Source: Dehalococcoidia bacterium (lineage in GTDB: Bacteria; Chloroflexota; Dehalococcoidia; Bin125). Taken from it: 64,000 bases of DNA. Positions 30,235-38,965 of the stretch are shown here, piece after piece (within the stretch, counting starts at the first letter, position 1; every line of letters begins with the position of its first letter). The notes below the pieces were generated by a model. The model saw only the letters and a program-made list of their open reading frames with translations. It searched no databases and had not been told where the DNA came from. The DNA lies in contig CAXXNO010000004.1 in NCBI GenBank assembly GCA_963663235.2, positions 864,001-928,000 on the forward strand, given 5' to 3'. Position numbers and translations under genes: made by a program.

Positions 30235-31113
30235 CTAGCGGAGCAGGTCCGCGAGCGCTGCGTCAATGTCGCGGAAGCGGAACCGATACCCCAAGGCCTC
30301 AGTGCGCCGAGGAAGCACGCGTTGACCGCTGGTCAACACGGAAGCGCCCTCGCCCAGCTGCAGGCGAAACACGAACGGCGGCACCCACAGCAGTGCCGGG
30401 CGGCGGAGGGCGCCCCCCAAGGCCCGGGTGAAAGCCGCGTTGGTCAGCGGCTCCGGCGCGCACAGGTTGAGCGGCCCTTCGACGGTGTCTGAATCGATAG
30501 CGTGGATCATCGCGCCGGTGACGTCGGTGAAGTGGACCCAGGAGAGCCATTGGCGGCCCCGGCCGATCGACCCACCGAGACCGAGGCGGAAGGGGCGCAG
30601 CATCTTGGGGAGCGCCCCGCCCTCCCGAGTCAGCACAACGCCCATCCGGAACAGGACGGTGCGCACGCCACTCCCCTGCGCCGCCGCCTCCCAGTCACGG
30701 CAGAGCGTGGCCAGGAAGTCCGTGCCGGGCGGGGCGTCCTCGTCCAGTTCCTCGCTACCGTGCGGCCCGTAGTAGCCCACCGCCGACGCCGACACCAAGA
30801 CGCGCGGCTTGCGCTCCGACGAGGCGATTGCCTCGACGAGGGTTCGGGCCGTATCGATGCGGCTGGCGCGCAGCTCCGCCTTGCGGGCGGCCGTCCAGCG
30901 CTTGGCAGTCACGTCGGCGCCGGCAAGGTGGACGACCGCGTCCGCTTCAGCGACGGCGGCCTTGACGCCGTCCCAGGCGACCCAGGTGATGGCGTCGTCG
31001 CGAGGGGCGGCGGGATCGCGCGTTACCCCGATCACGGAGTCGCCGCGGGCGGCCAGCGCCTCGCTCAAGGCCGCGCCGACGGTCCCGCCGGCGCCGGTGA
31101 TCAAGACCCTCAT
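30235..31113 (-). CDS. TIGR01777 family NAD-dependent epimerase-like protein
   Basis: ITGAGGTVG, HLAG, SASAVGYYG, GRQWLSWVH and SGQRVLP. Confidence 0.9.
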   Translation of the reverse strand: MRVLITGAGGTVGAALSEALAARGDSVIGVTRDPAAPRDDAITWVAWDGVKAAVAEADAVVHLAGADVTAKRWTAARKAELRASRIDTARTLVEAIASSERKPRVLVSASAVGYYGPHGSEELDEDAPPGTDFLATLCRDWEAAAQGSGVRTVLFRMGVVLTREGGALPKMLRPFRLGLGGSIGRGRQWLSWVHFTDVTGAMIHAIDSDTVEGPLNLCAPEPLTNAAFTRALGGALRRPALLWVPPFVFRLQLGEGASVLTSGQRVLPRRTEALGYRFRFRDIDAALADLLR

Positions 31114-31120
31114 CGAGCCG

Positions 31121-31651
31121 TCAGCCGCCCATCGTGGGCACGACCGGCTCCAACCCCTGGATGCCACGAAGGAGGTTGATCTCACCGCGATGCCCGTTGA
31201 GGTGCGTGACCAGGTGCAGGAGGATCGCTCCGCCGACGGTTTCGGTGCGCTCTCCGACTTTCACCTCGCGCTGGAGGTCGGCGTCGGTGGCAGCGGCGAG
31301 GAAGCCGTCGGTGGCGGCGGCCACGGCATCGGCGTAGCCGGCGAAGGCGTCGACGTTGGCGAGGTGTACCTGCTGCGCTTCGTCGGTGGACTGCCCGGTG
31401 CCGATCCCCTTGGGCGGCAGGCCGGTCCGTTCCGCCCAGCCCCCCTCCCTCCAGATTGGGTCCTTGTCCTGCGCGATCCGCTGGATGATGGAATCCTCGA
31501 TGCGGGCGGCGTGCCACAGCACCCAAGCGATCGAGTGGCTGCCCTCCGGCGGCACGAAGTGCAGTTGCTCGTCCATCTGGCCGCTGCGGGCATCGCGGAA
31601 AGCGGCGTGGAGGAAGTCCATTCCCTGCCGGAGGTACTCCTGGTCGCTCAT
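31121..31651 (-). CDS. DinB family protein
   Basis: HSIAWVLWH..RIED and HLNGHRGEI metal-binding His pattern. Confidence 0.85.
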   Translation of the reverse strand: MSDQEYLRQGMDFLHAAFRDARSGQMDEQLHFVPPEGSHSIAWVLWHAARIEDSIIQRIAQDKDPIWREGGWAERTGLPPKGIGTGQSTDEAQQVHLANVDAFAGYADAVAAATDGFLAAATDADLQREVKVGERTETVGGAILLHLVTHLNGHRGEINLLRGIQGLEPVVPTMGG

Positions 31652-32073
31652 TCCGCGCTCCTTTCGTGGGGGGGCTGGTCATCAGGTGGCTGATCGGCGG
31701 GCGGCTGTTCGTCAGGCAGTTGATCGGCGGGCGGCTGCTCGTCCAGGGCGCCGAGTTCCCGGAGTTGGCGGGCGAGGTCTTCCAGTTGGTCCTCGTTGAT
31801 GCCCATGCTCTGCATAGTCTCGCGCACCAGGCGGCGGACCTCATCCAGATTCTGGCGGATGAGAGCGTCGGCCAACTCCAGTTGGGTCTCGATGGCGCGG
31901 AAGCCGTGCCGCCGCTCGGTCTCGGTCATGCCCAGGATGGTGGAAATCAGGCGGGTGAACAGGGTGGTGGTGCGGGCGATGCGGATGCGGTCATCGGGAT
32001 GGGCCGGGAACTCGCCGGTGACGGTCACCTCGAGTCCCGTGCGCTTGTCGGTGGCGACGTACTGCTCCGGCAT
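31648..32073 (-). CDS. Hypothetical protein with acidic Pro/Gln C-terminal repeats
   Basis: Plausible ORF with RBS and ATGA coupling to the DinB gene; tail DEQPPADQLPDEQPPADQPPDDQPP. Confidence 0.75.
   Translation of the reverse strand: MPEQYVATDKRTGLEVTVTGEFPAHPDDRIRIARTTTLFTRLISTILGMTETERRHGFRAIETQLELADALIRQNLDEVRRLVRETMQSMGINEDQLEDLARQLRELGALDEQPPADQLPDEQPPADQPPDDQPPHERSAE
31671..31745. repeat. Degenerate 30-bp coding tandem repeat
   Basis: TGATCGGCGGGCGGCTGyTCGTC at 31691 and 31721, plus a partial third unit. Confidence 0.75.
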
Positions 32074-32169
32074 CGGCGCTGCTCCCTGCCCTCGGTATCG
32101 CTCCCCATCTTAGCGGCAGGAGGGGGGTGGCCCGCGCCGGCGGCGGCCGGGCGAGATATCCTGGAGTCG

Positions 32170-32961
32170 ATGGACAGCGACAACCGGAAGCGGCCCAACG
32201 ACCGGCCCAAGGCTTACGAGGACCCGGAGTTCCTCAGCAGCCCGCAGGCCCGCACGCTGCGGGTCCTGGCGGAACTGCTGGAGCCGCGCTATCGCCTGGA
32301 GCGGGAGGGGATCGAAGACACGATCGTCTTTTTCGGGTCGTCGCGGATCCAGAGGCCGGCAGAGGGGAGCGCCCATGCGGGCTTGGCCTCGCTGGCGCCG
32401 ATGTACGAGGCGGCGCGGGAGCTGGCGCATCGGCTGACCGAGTGGGGCCGCGACTTCTCGGACGAACGCCGCTTCGTGATCTGCACGGGCGGGGGGCCGG
32501 GGGTGATGGAAGCCGCGAACCAGGGAGCGGCCGAGGCGGGGGGACGGTCGGTCGGGTTCGCCATCAGCCTGCCCCATGAAGAGCAGCTCAACCGATACGT
32601 CAGCGCCGAGCTGGCATTTGACTTTCACTATTTCTTCATCCGCAAGTTCTGGTTTGTGTACAACGCCAAGGCGCTGGTCTTCTTCCCCGGCGGATTCGGC
32701 ACCATGGATGAGCTGATGGAGGTGCTCACCCTGGTGCAGACCGGCAAGGTGCGCAAGAAGATGGGGATCGTCCTGTACGGCCGCGAGTTCTGGCGGAAGG
32801 CGATCGACTTCGACGCGCTGACGGAGTACGGGGTGATCTCGCCGGAAGACCGCGACTTGTTCGTCATCGTCGATGACGTGGACGAGGCCTTCGAGCAGGT
32901 GTGCAGTTTCTTGACGGCCAATTACGGTCCGAGCCTGCTGGAGGAAGAGCCGCCGATGTAG
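32170..32961 (+). CDS. LOG family (TIGR00730) nucleotide-binding protein
   Basis: VFFGSSR, TGGGPGVMEAAN, FHYFFIRK and FPGGFGTMDEL. Confidence 0.92.
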   Translation: MDSDNRKRPNDRPKAYEDPEFLSSPQARTLRVLAELLEPRYRLEREGIEDTIVFFGSSRIQRPAEGSAHAGLASLAPMYEAARELAHRLTEWGRDFSDERRFVICTGGGPGVMEAANQGAAEAGGRSVGFAISLPHEEQLNRYVSAELAFDFHYFFIRKFWFVYNAKALVFFPGGFGTMDELMEVLTLVQTGKVRKKMGIVLYGREFWRKAIDFDALTEYGVISPEDRDLFVIVDDVDEAFEQVCSFLTANYGPSLLEEEPPM

Positions 32962-32990
32962 GGAGCGTGCTCGCGCGGCGTCTCGCGCGA

Positions 32991-33941
32991 CTACAGCGCT
33001 TCCAGAAACTCACGCACGGCGGCGAGGAACGCGAGCGTGTTCTGACTGTGCACGTTGTGGCCGCAGTGCGGCACGGTGACCAGGGCACCGTCCGGCAGCG
33101 CGGCCGCGAAGCGTTCAGCGGCGTCCGGCTCCAAGATTTCGGACTCGCCGCCGCGCACGACCAGGGTAGGGCAGGTGATTGCGGTGACATTGTCCAACGT
33201 GAAATCGCGCGCGCCGATCGGGAGGCGCCGCATGAAGTCGGAGTCGTGCAGCATGCGGTCCGACTTGGCGATGTAGCGGCCGTCGGCCCGGGCGACGAGG
33301 TTGTAGCGCACCGTGCGCTGGACGTGCTCGGCCGAGCGGTAGGGGTCGTAGGTAGTGACGCGGTCGACGAACTGGTCGATGCTGTCGAACTCCGCGTTGG
33401 CGGTGATGAAGTTGCGCACGGTCTGCGACCCACTCTGCGAGGTCTCGGGCCCCGTATCGACGATGACCAAGGCGCGGGGCAGCGAGGGCGACTGCAAGGT
33501 CAAGGTGATGGTCGCGAGGCCGCCGAGCGAATGCGCGATGATGATGGGGTTCAGCATTCCCTGTTGCACGATGAAGGCGCGCAGGTCCGCGGCCAGCGTG
33601 TCGACGGCATAGTCGGCGTCGCGGGCCCATTCACTGTCGCCGTGGCCGCGCTGGTCGAGGGCATAGACGTGGAAGCGGTCGGCCAGGTGCAGGCTGACGA
33701 GGTCCCAGGAATGCGCCGACTGGTTGCCGCCGTGCACCAAAAGGAGCGGCGGGGCGGCGGGGTCGCCCCACTCCAGGAAGTGGATGCGCAGGTTCTGAAT
33801 CACGGTGTTGCGTGAGCGGTAGCGCACGTCCGGGCTGTGCGGGATCTCCAGGTCCTCGGCGCTGCGCAAGAGACTTTGGAACTCGTCGAACTGGGTCATA
33901 TCGAGCGCCGTCAGGTCGGCGGCGTACTCGTTGAGGTACAT
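32991..33941 (-). CDS. Alpha/beta hydrolase
   Basis: LLVHGG, DQRGHGDS, AHSLGG nucleophile elbow and CGHNVH. Confidence 0.9.
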   Translation of the reverse strand: MYLNEYAADLTALDMTQFDEFQSLLRSAEDLEIPHSPDVRYRSRNTVIQNLRIHFLEWGDPAAPPLLLVHGGNQSAHSWDLVSLHLADRFHVYALDQRGHGDSEWARDADYAVDTLAADLRAFIVQQGMLNPIIIAHSLGGLATITLTLQSPSLPRALVIVDTGPETSQSGSQTVRNFITANAEFDSIDQFVDRVTTYDPYRSAEHVQRTVRYNLVARADGRYIAKSDRMLHDSDFMRRLPIGARDFTLDNVTAITCPTLVVRGGESEILEPDAAERFAAALPDGALVTVPHCGHNVHSQNTLAFLAAVREFLEAL

Positions 33942-34200
33942 ATGCGCTCCAGCACCCCGGCGAAACGGGGCTTCCACGCGGCGCGAGGATTCCGCGGCGC
34001 GCGCCCTGTATAGCACTGCGGCGGCGTGATCGCCGCAGCGAGCGACGGATTCGTCCTGTTCCTCCCGAGCAACGCCCAGACCGCCGTCAACGACGGCTCC
34101 CTTCAGGAACGGGCGGGAATGAGCATCCTGTCCAAGGAGCAGGGTTAGAGGCAGGCGCCGCGGGGCACTCTCGACGTAAGAGTTAATCTGCATATTCCCA

Positions 34201-34230
34201 TTGACATTTACGGGCCGTCCGGCGCATAGT
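34201..34230 (+). promoter_or_regulatory. Sigma70-type promoter for the aquaporin gene
   Basis: TTGACA-N18-CATAGT about 80 bp upstream of ATG 34312. Confidence 0.55.
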
Positions 34231-34311
34231 GCGCTCGATCGAGCTGCCGGGCCTCACGGTCCGCAGCGCGCGGCGATCCACTGGACGCAGTGGATCGAGG
34301 GGGAAGCAGTC

Positions 34312-35040
34312 ATGAACGAAGAGATGCTCGGGATGGAAGAGTTGACGACGCCCAAGAACATACGGGCGTACATCGCGGAATTCATCGGCACGATGCTGTT
34401 TGTGCTGATCGGGACCGGCGCGGTGATCGTCGTCGGCGGACAGGACATCGTGGCGATCGCGCTGGCGCACGGGATCGCGTACGCGGCGATGGTGTACGCC
34501 ACGATGAAGATCTCCGGGGGGCACATCAACCCGGCGGTCACGCTGGCCATGATGGTCACCGGGCGGATGAAGATCGCGCCCGGTGGCGTGTACATGGCAG
34601 CACAGGTCCTCGGTGGCATCATGGCCACGCTGCTGCTGTACGTCATACTCCGAAACGAGATCGGCAACCTCACCGAATTCGGGGCGCACGGGATCGGCAA
34701 GGAGGCGGTGGCAGGCGATGGCGGAGCGCTGCTCCTGGAGCTGATTCTCACGGCCGTGCTGATCATCGTGATCTATGCCGTCGCGGTGGCGAAGGACGGG
34801 TACGGCATCATGGCCCCGCTGGCGATCGGTCTGACGATCGTGGCGATCCACCTGATCGCATTTCCGCTGACGGGGGCGTCGGTGAACCCGGCCCGGTGGT
34901 TCGGGCCCGCGCTGATCTCCAACGCGTTCGACTCGTTCTGGGTCTACATCATCGGGCCGGCGCTCGGCGCGACGATCGGCGCGTTGCTGTACCACTACGT
35001 GTTCTTGCAGCCGGTGGAAGAGGAATCGTCGGGGGGCTAG
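34312..35040 (+). CDS. MIP family channel (aquaporin)
   Basis: AEFIGT, SGGHINPAVT and TGASVNPARW (two NPA motifs); six hydrophobic segments. Confidence 0.95.
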   Translation: MNEEMLGMEELTTPKNIRAYIAEFIGTMLFVLIGTGAVIVVGGQDIVAIALAHGIAYAAMVYATMKISGGHINPAVTLAMMVTGRMKIAPGGVYMAAQVLGGIMATLLLYVILRNEIGNLTEFGAHGIGKEAVAGDGGALLLELILTAVLIIVIYAVAVAKDGYGIMAPLAIGLTIVAIHLIAFPLTGASVNPARWFGPALISNAFDSFWVYIIGPALGATIGALLYHYVFLQPVEEESSGG

Positions 35041-35166
35041 CGGCCCGGCCAGACATCGACTTCGATCGGAGCCCGGCGCCAGGCGCGCCGGGCTCCTTGC
35101 GCGTCGGGCATGGAGGCCGTACGGTGCGGCGCGCCGGGGGAGCAAGTTTCCAGGAGGTGGAGCGCC

Positions 35167-35631
35167 GTGGCCAAGACGCCCGAAGTGACAGCGGCCTTCG
35201 CGCTGATCGGCCGGAACATCGATGACGTGCTCGACGCCTTGACCGGGCTCAGCGCCGCCGAGCTGAACTGGAAGCCGCCCGTCGAAGGCGGCAACAGCGC
35301 GATGGTCCTGGCGACCCATGTGATCGGCGCCTGCCAGGGGCATCTGCTGCAGACCCTCTGCGGCCAGTCGATCGAGCGGGTCCGCGAGGAGGAGTTCGAA
35401 GCCAGCGGCGACTCGGTGGGGCCGCTGCGCGAGCACTGGGCGACGGTTCGGGGCCGCATCGATGCCGCGCTGGAGGCGCTTGACCCGGCGGAGCTGGAGC
35501 GGACCCACGAGCACCCGATCCTGGGGCCGATGAGCGGCCACGATCTGCTGATGTTGGCGGTACGGCACTCGGCCGAGCACCTGGGACACGCTAGCCTCAC
35601 CCGCGACCTGCTCATAGCCCAACGCGGCTAA
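35167..35631 (+). CDS. DinB family protein
   Basis: LNWKP...NS...LATH and HSAEHLGH; AGGAGGT RBS before GTG 35167. Confidence 0.8.
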   Translation: MAKTPEVTAAFALIGRNIDDVLDALTGLSAAELNWKPPVEGGNSAMVLATHVIGACQGHLLQTLCGQSIERVREEEFEASGDSVGPLREHWATVRGRIDAALEALDPAELERTHEHPILGPMSGHDLLMLAVRHSAEHLGHASLTRDLLIAQRG

Positions 35632-35730
35632 CCTCATCCGCCGCGGATTGCAGCGATCCGACCAGATCGCTAGTCTGCGGGCGATCCGCCGCGAGTCCGA
35701 ACGCGGCGGACGGGCGCAGAGGAGAGAGCA

Positions 35731-36669
35731 ATGGCGGTACTCCCCGAGGTGCGGACCTTCCTGGACGAGATCGCGGCGGCGGACGCCAAACCGTGGAACC
35801 AGATGACGCCGGCGGAGGCCCGGGAGACCTGGAACACCGTGGTGGGGCTGTTTGCGGGGCCGGCGGAGCGTGTGGCGGCCATCGAGGACCGGCTGATCCC
35901 GGGACCGGGGGGCGACATTCCCCTGCGCGCGTACACGCCCGAAGGCGGTCCGCCGCTCCCGGCGCTGATCTATTTCCACGGGGGCGGCTGGGTGGTGGGG
36001 ACCACGGACACGTACCACGTGTCCAGCCGCGCCCTGGCCAACGCCACGGGATGCAAGGTGATGTTCCCGACGTATCGCATGGCACCGGAGTACAAGTATC
36101 CGGCCGCCGTGGAGGACTGCTACGCAACGCTGAAGTGGGTAGCGGAGAACGCGGCCGCGATCGGCGTGGATGCGCAGCGGATCGTCGTGGCCGGGGATAG
36201 CGCGGGCGGCACCCTCGCCGCCGCCGTGGCGCAGATGGCGCGCGACCGCGGCGGCCCGGCGCTGGCGTTCCAGTTGCTGCTCTACCCCGCCACGGACGCC
36301 AGCACCGACACGCCGTCGTACCAGGAGTTCGCGGAGGGCTACCTGCTGCTGAAGGACGACATGCCCTGGTTCTGGGACCACTACCTTCCCAACACGAAGG
36401 CAGCCGACGAAGCGTACGCCTCCCCGCTGCGGGCGAAAGACTTCAGCGGGTTGCCGCCGGCGCTGGTGGTCACCGCCGAATACGACGTGCTGCGGGACGA
36501 GGGTGAAGACTACGCCGCGCGCCTCAAGAAGGCCGGCGTGCCGGTGACCCAGCGTCGCGTCGACGGGACGATTCACGGCTTCCTGCACCCGCTGGAGGGT
36601 CGGTTCGCGCACAGCAAGCCGGTGCTGGCGGAGATCGGCGCGGAAGTGAAGAAGGCGCTGGGCTCCTGA
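35731..36669 (+). CDS. HSL-family esterase/lipase (alpha/beta hydrolase fold-3)
   Basis: YFHGGGW, YRMAPE, GDSAGG, DVLRDEG and IHGF. Confidence 0.95.
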   Translation: MAVLPEVRTFLDEIAAADAKPWNQMTPAEARETWNTVVGLFAGPAERVAAIEDRLIPGPGGDIPLRAYTPEGGPPLPALIYFHGGGWVVGTTDTYHVSSRALANATGCKVMFPTYRMAPEYKYPAAVEDCYATLKWVAENAAAIGVDAQRIVVAGDSAGGTLAAAVAQMARDRGGPALAFQLLLYPATDASTDTPSYQEFAEGYLLLKDDMPWFWDHYLPNTKAADEAYASPLRAKDFSGLPPALVVTAEYDVLRDEGEDYAARLKKAGVPVTQRRVDGTIHGFLHPLEGRFAHSKPVLAEIGAEVKKALGS

Positions 36670-36882
36670 GGCAGCGGTCGACCCGAGGGTCGTGACCCGT
36701 CGCAGGCGCGAACCCGCAGTGGAGCGTCGGGCGGGGCTGTCCTTGCGGGCACGTTTCTGTCGCCTTTCCGGCGGGGGGCGGGGAAAAACGCTTTCGGGGC
36801 GTTCCAGACGGCCGGCCAGATGGGGGGCGGGGCCCAGAGGCCGCGAGGGCGACAGAAACCGGCACGGTTCAGAGAGGATCTT

Positions 36883-36915
36883 GCCAGGTTTCTGCCAGGT
36901 TTCTCGCCCGTTTCT
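36883..36915. repeat. 11-bp tandem repeat (GCCAGGTTTCT x2 + CGCCCGTTTCT)
   Basis: Read directly in the 36670-37087 intergenic region. Confidence 0.8.
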
Positions 36916-37005
36916 GGCGCGCTTCCGGCACCGATCGGAGGCCGCGCGGCCAGTCTTGGACCCGAGGCGGCAGGGTCGGGACAGGGAGTGGGCACGGGCA
37001 GATAG

Positions 37006-37025
37006 AGAACGTTCGTTCTATTATA
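37006..37025 (-). promoter_or_regulatory. LexA (SOS) box AGAAC-N4-GTTCT adjoining a perfect TATAAT -10
   Basis: AGAACgttcGTTCT at 37006-37019; the minus strand reads TATAAT-AGAACgaacGTTCT. The same box precedes the radical SAM gene at 62908. Confidence 0.75.
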
Positions 37026-37087
37026 GCGGATCCTCGGAGCGGCAGCGGCCGCGGCGAGGAGAGAGGCTAGAGCCTCGGTGGAGGGCC

Positions 37088-37726
37088 TCAGCGGAGCGTG
37101 ACGCGGCCGTTGGGCGTGTCCAGGGTTGCGATAAGAGTGGGCTGCGGCCCCCGCTCGACGGGGAGGTCGACCGCGATCGCCCGGAGCATCGCCCGCACCG
37201 CCTCCGGCTGGGGGTGCGCAGCGCGCAGGTCGAGGAGGGTGCAGCCAGTGGGCGCGCCGGTGGCGGGATGGGGCGAGTCCCCCCAGTCGATGAGGAAGGG
37301 CACCAGTCCCTCCGCCGGGAGGGGATCGCGCAGGGTGGACATGCGCCAGGCGAGATGGACGCCGTCGGGGCGGTCGCGGGCGTAGGGGCCCACGGGGCCG
37401 GGGTCGTAGCCGGCGGCGCGGGCGGCCGCGACCCGCGCATCGAGATCGGGACCGGCAGCGGGGGCGGCCCAGGTCACGAGTTTCGGCTGGTCGAGCGCGT
37501 CCATGCCGAAGGATCGCGGGCGCTCGGGAGGGGGTTGGTCTGGGTCCGGACCAATCACCTCGAGATAGGTGCGGTCGTCCAAGGCCAGGAGCGCCATCTT
37601 CGTCCCGCGGCCGGGATGCGCCCCCCCGATGACGGGCCGGAGGCCGAAGCGCGCGGCGACGTCGTCGATCGCGGCGGCGAGGTCCTGCACGACGTAGACG
37701 ATGTGGTCGGGCTTCGTAAAGGTCAT
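37088..37726 (-). CDS. VOC/glyoxalase-like domain protein
   Basis: DHIVYVVQDL, GGAHPGRGT..ALL.L...YLEVI and PFLIDWG. Confidence 0.9.
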   Translation of the reverse strand: MTFTKPDHIVYVVQDLAAAIDDVAARFGLRPVIGGAHPGRGTKMALLALDDRTYLEVIGPDPDQPPPERPRSFGMDALDQPKLVTWAAPAAGPDLDARVAAARAAGYDPGPVGPYARDRPDGVHLAWRMSTLRDPLPAEGLVPFLIDWGDSPHPATGAPTGCTLLDLRAAHPQPEAVRAMLRAIAVDLPVERGPQPTLIATLDTPNGRVTLR

Positions 37727-37769
37727 TCGGGGGTGAAGGTCATTGGGGGGTGAAGGTCATTCGGGATGG
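37719..37769. repeat. 17-bp tandem repeat x3 spanning the M20 stop / VOC start junction
   Basis: AAGGTCATTCGGGGGTG, AAGGTCATTGGGGGGTG, AAGGTCATTCGGGATGG. Confidence 0.9.
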
Positions 37770-38938
37770 TCCGCGCGGAAGGCATGACGGGCGGCGTTGA
37801 GCCGCTCCGGGTTGGCGTAGAGATCGAGGGCGGTCAATGCCAGAGCGGTGGCGGCGGTGAGCATGGCCGCGTGGGCCTCCGGCGTGGCCGCGGCCTGAGT
37901 GAACTCCGGTGAGTGATTACCGGCCGTGGTCTCGATGGCGAACATGGGATGGATCGAGGGGACCACGTGGCTGACGTTGCCGAAGTCGGTGCTGCCCGCC
38001 ATGCGCCGCACCTCGGCGGCGGGCAGCAGGATCTTGCCCAGCGCGCGCGCGTTGGTGGCGTAGGCCTCCGCCATGGGCTCATTGGTGGCGAGGTTGCCGT
38101 AGCGTTTCCCGTGCCAGCGGTACTCCAGGCGGCAGCCCGTGGCCTCCGCGGCGCCGGAGAAACAGGCCAGCACCCGCTGCTTGAGCGCGTCCAACTTCTC
38201 GTCGTCGCGGGCGCGGAGGTAGAAATCGGCCGCCGTATGGTCGGGGATGATGTTGGGCTTTGCGCCGCCGTTGGTCACGATGCCGTGCACCCGCGTCTCC
38301 GGGGGCAACTGTTGACGGAGCACCGCGATGCCGTTGTAGGCCAAGACGAACGCATCCAGCGCGTTCACGCCTTCCCAGGGGAAGGCGGCGGCGTGGGCGT
38401 TCTTGCCGAAAAACTCCACCTCCAACTCGTGGAGGGCCATGATGACGGGCCAGGCCGTGTCGGCGGGGGAAGGGTGGACCATCATGGCGGCGTCGACGCC
38501 ATCGAATGCGCCCTGCTCGATCATGTCGATTTTGCCGCCACCGCCCTCTTCCGCGGGCGTGCCGAGGACAACCACAGCGCCGTCTCCATCGCCCAGAGCG
38601 GCCTTCATCCCCAGCGCCGCCGCGACGCCGGAGGCGGCGATGAGGTTGTGCCCGCAGGCGTGGCCGATCTCGGGCAAGGCGTCGTATTCGCAGAGCACGG
38701 CGATGGTGGCCGGGCCGCTGCCGGCGGTGGCCGCGAAGGCCGTCTCCAGCCCGTAGGCGCTGCGCTCCACCGTGAAGCCTCGCTCCTCCAGGAAGGCAGT
38801 GAGGAGGTCGTGCGCGTGGTGCTCCTGGAAGTTGAGCTCCGGATGCGCGTGGATATCCAGGCTGAGGGCGCGGAGATCCTCTGAAGCTTCCTCGATCGCG
38901 CGGCGGGCCGTTGCTTTCTGTGCGCTCAGGTCGGTCAT
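37757..38938 (-). CDS. M20 family amidohydrolase (PM20D2-like)
   Basis: HPELNFQE, EYDALP..GHACGHN, GTPAEEGGGGK and GSTDFGNVS. Confidence 0.93.
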   Translation of the reverse strand: MTDLSAQKATARRAIEEASEDLRALSLDIHAHPELNFQEHHAHDLLTAFLEERGFTVERSAYGLETAFAATAGSGPATIAVLCEYDALPEIGHACGHNLIAASGVAAALGMKAALGDGDGAVVVLGTPAEEGGGGKIDMIEQGAFDGVDAAMMVHPSPADTAWPVIMALHELEVEFFGKNAHAAAFPWEGVNALDAFVLAYNGIAVLRQQLPPETRVHGIVTNGGAKPNIIPDHTAADFYLRARDDEKLDALKQRVLACFSGAAEATGCRLEYRWHGKRYGNLATNEPMAEAYATNARALGKILLPAAEVRRMAGSTDFGNVSHVVPSIHPMFAIETTAGNHSPEFTQAAATPEAHAAMLTAATALALTALDLYANPERLNAARHAFRADHPE

Positions 38939-38965
38939 GCGTTTCCTCCCACTCGGCGGTGGCGC

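Noticed and set aside
34150-34200. c-di-GMP-II riboswitch (GGGCAC...GAGTTA...TGCA)
   Set aside because: The AGUGC pseudoknot partner and the CAACC tail are missing, and it lies upstream of the aquaporin promoter.
34183-36612. 809-aa antisense ORF (likewise 42539-44572, 58972-60702, 28910-30238 and the 5' part of 53497-56142)
   Set aside because: These are shadow ORFs opposite well-supported genes, expected at high GC; they are Arg/Gly/Ala-rich with no motifs.
36573-36995. 140-aa ORF downstream of the orphan LexA box as a confident CDS
   Set aside because: No RBS, low-complexity composition and a 97-bp convergent overlap with the esterase; kept only as a possibility in the findings.
36883-37769. 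CRISPR array from the 11-bp and 17-bp repeats
   Set aside because: The units are short, contiguous and spacer-less; no cas genes are present.
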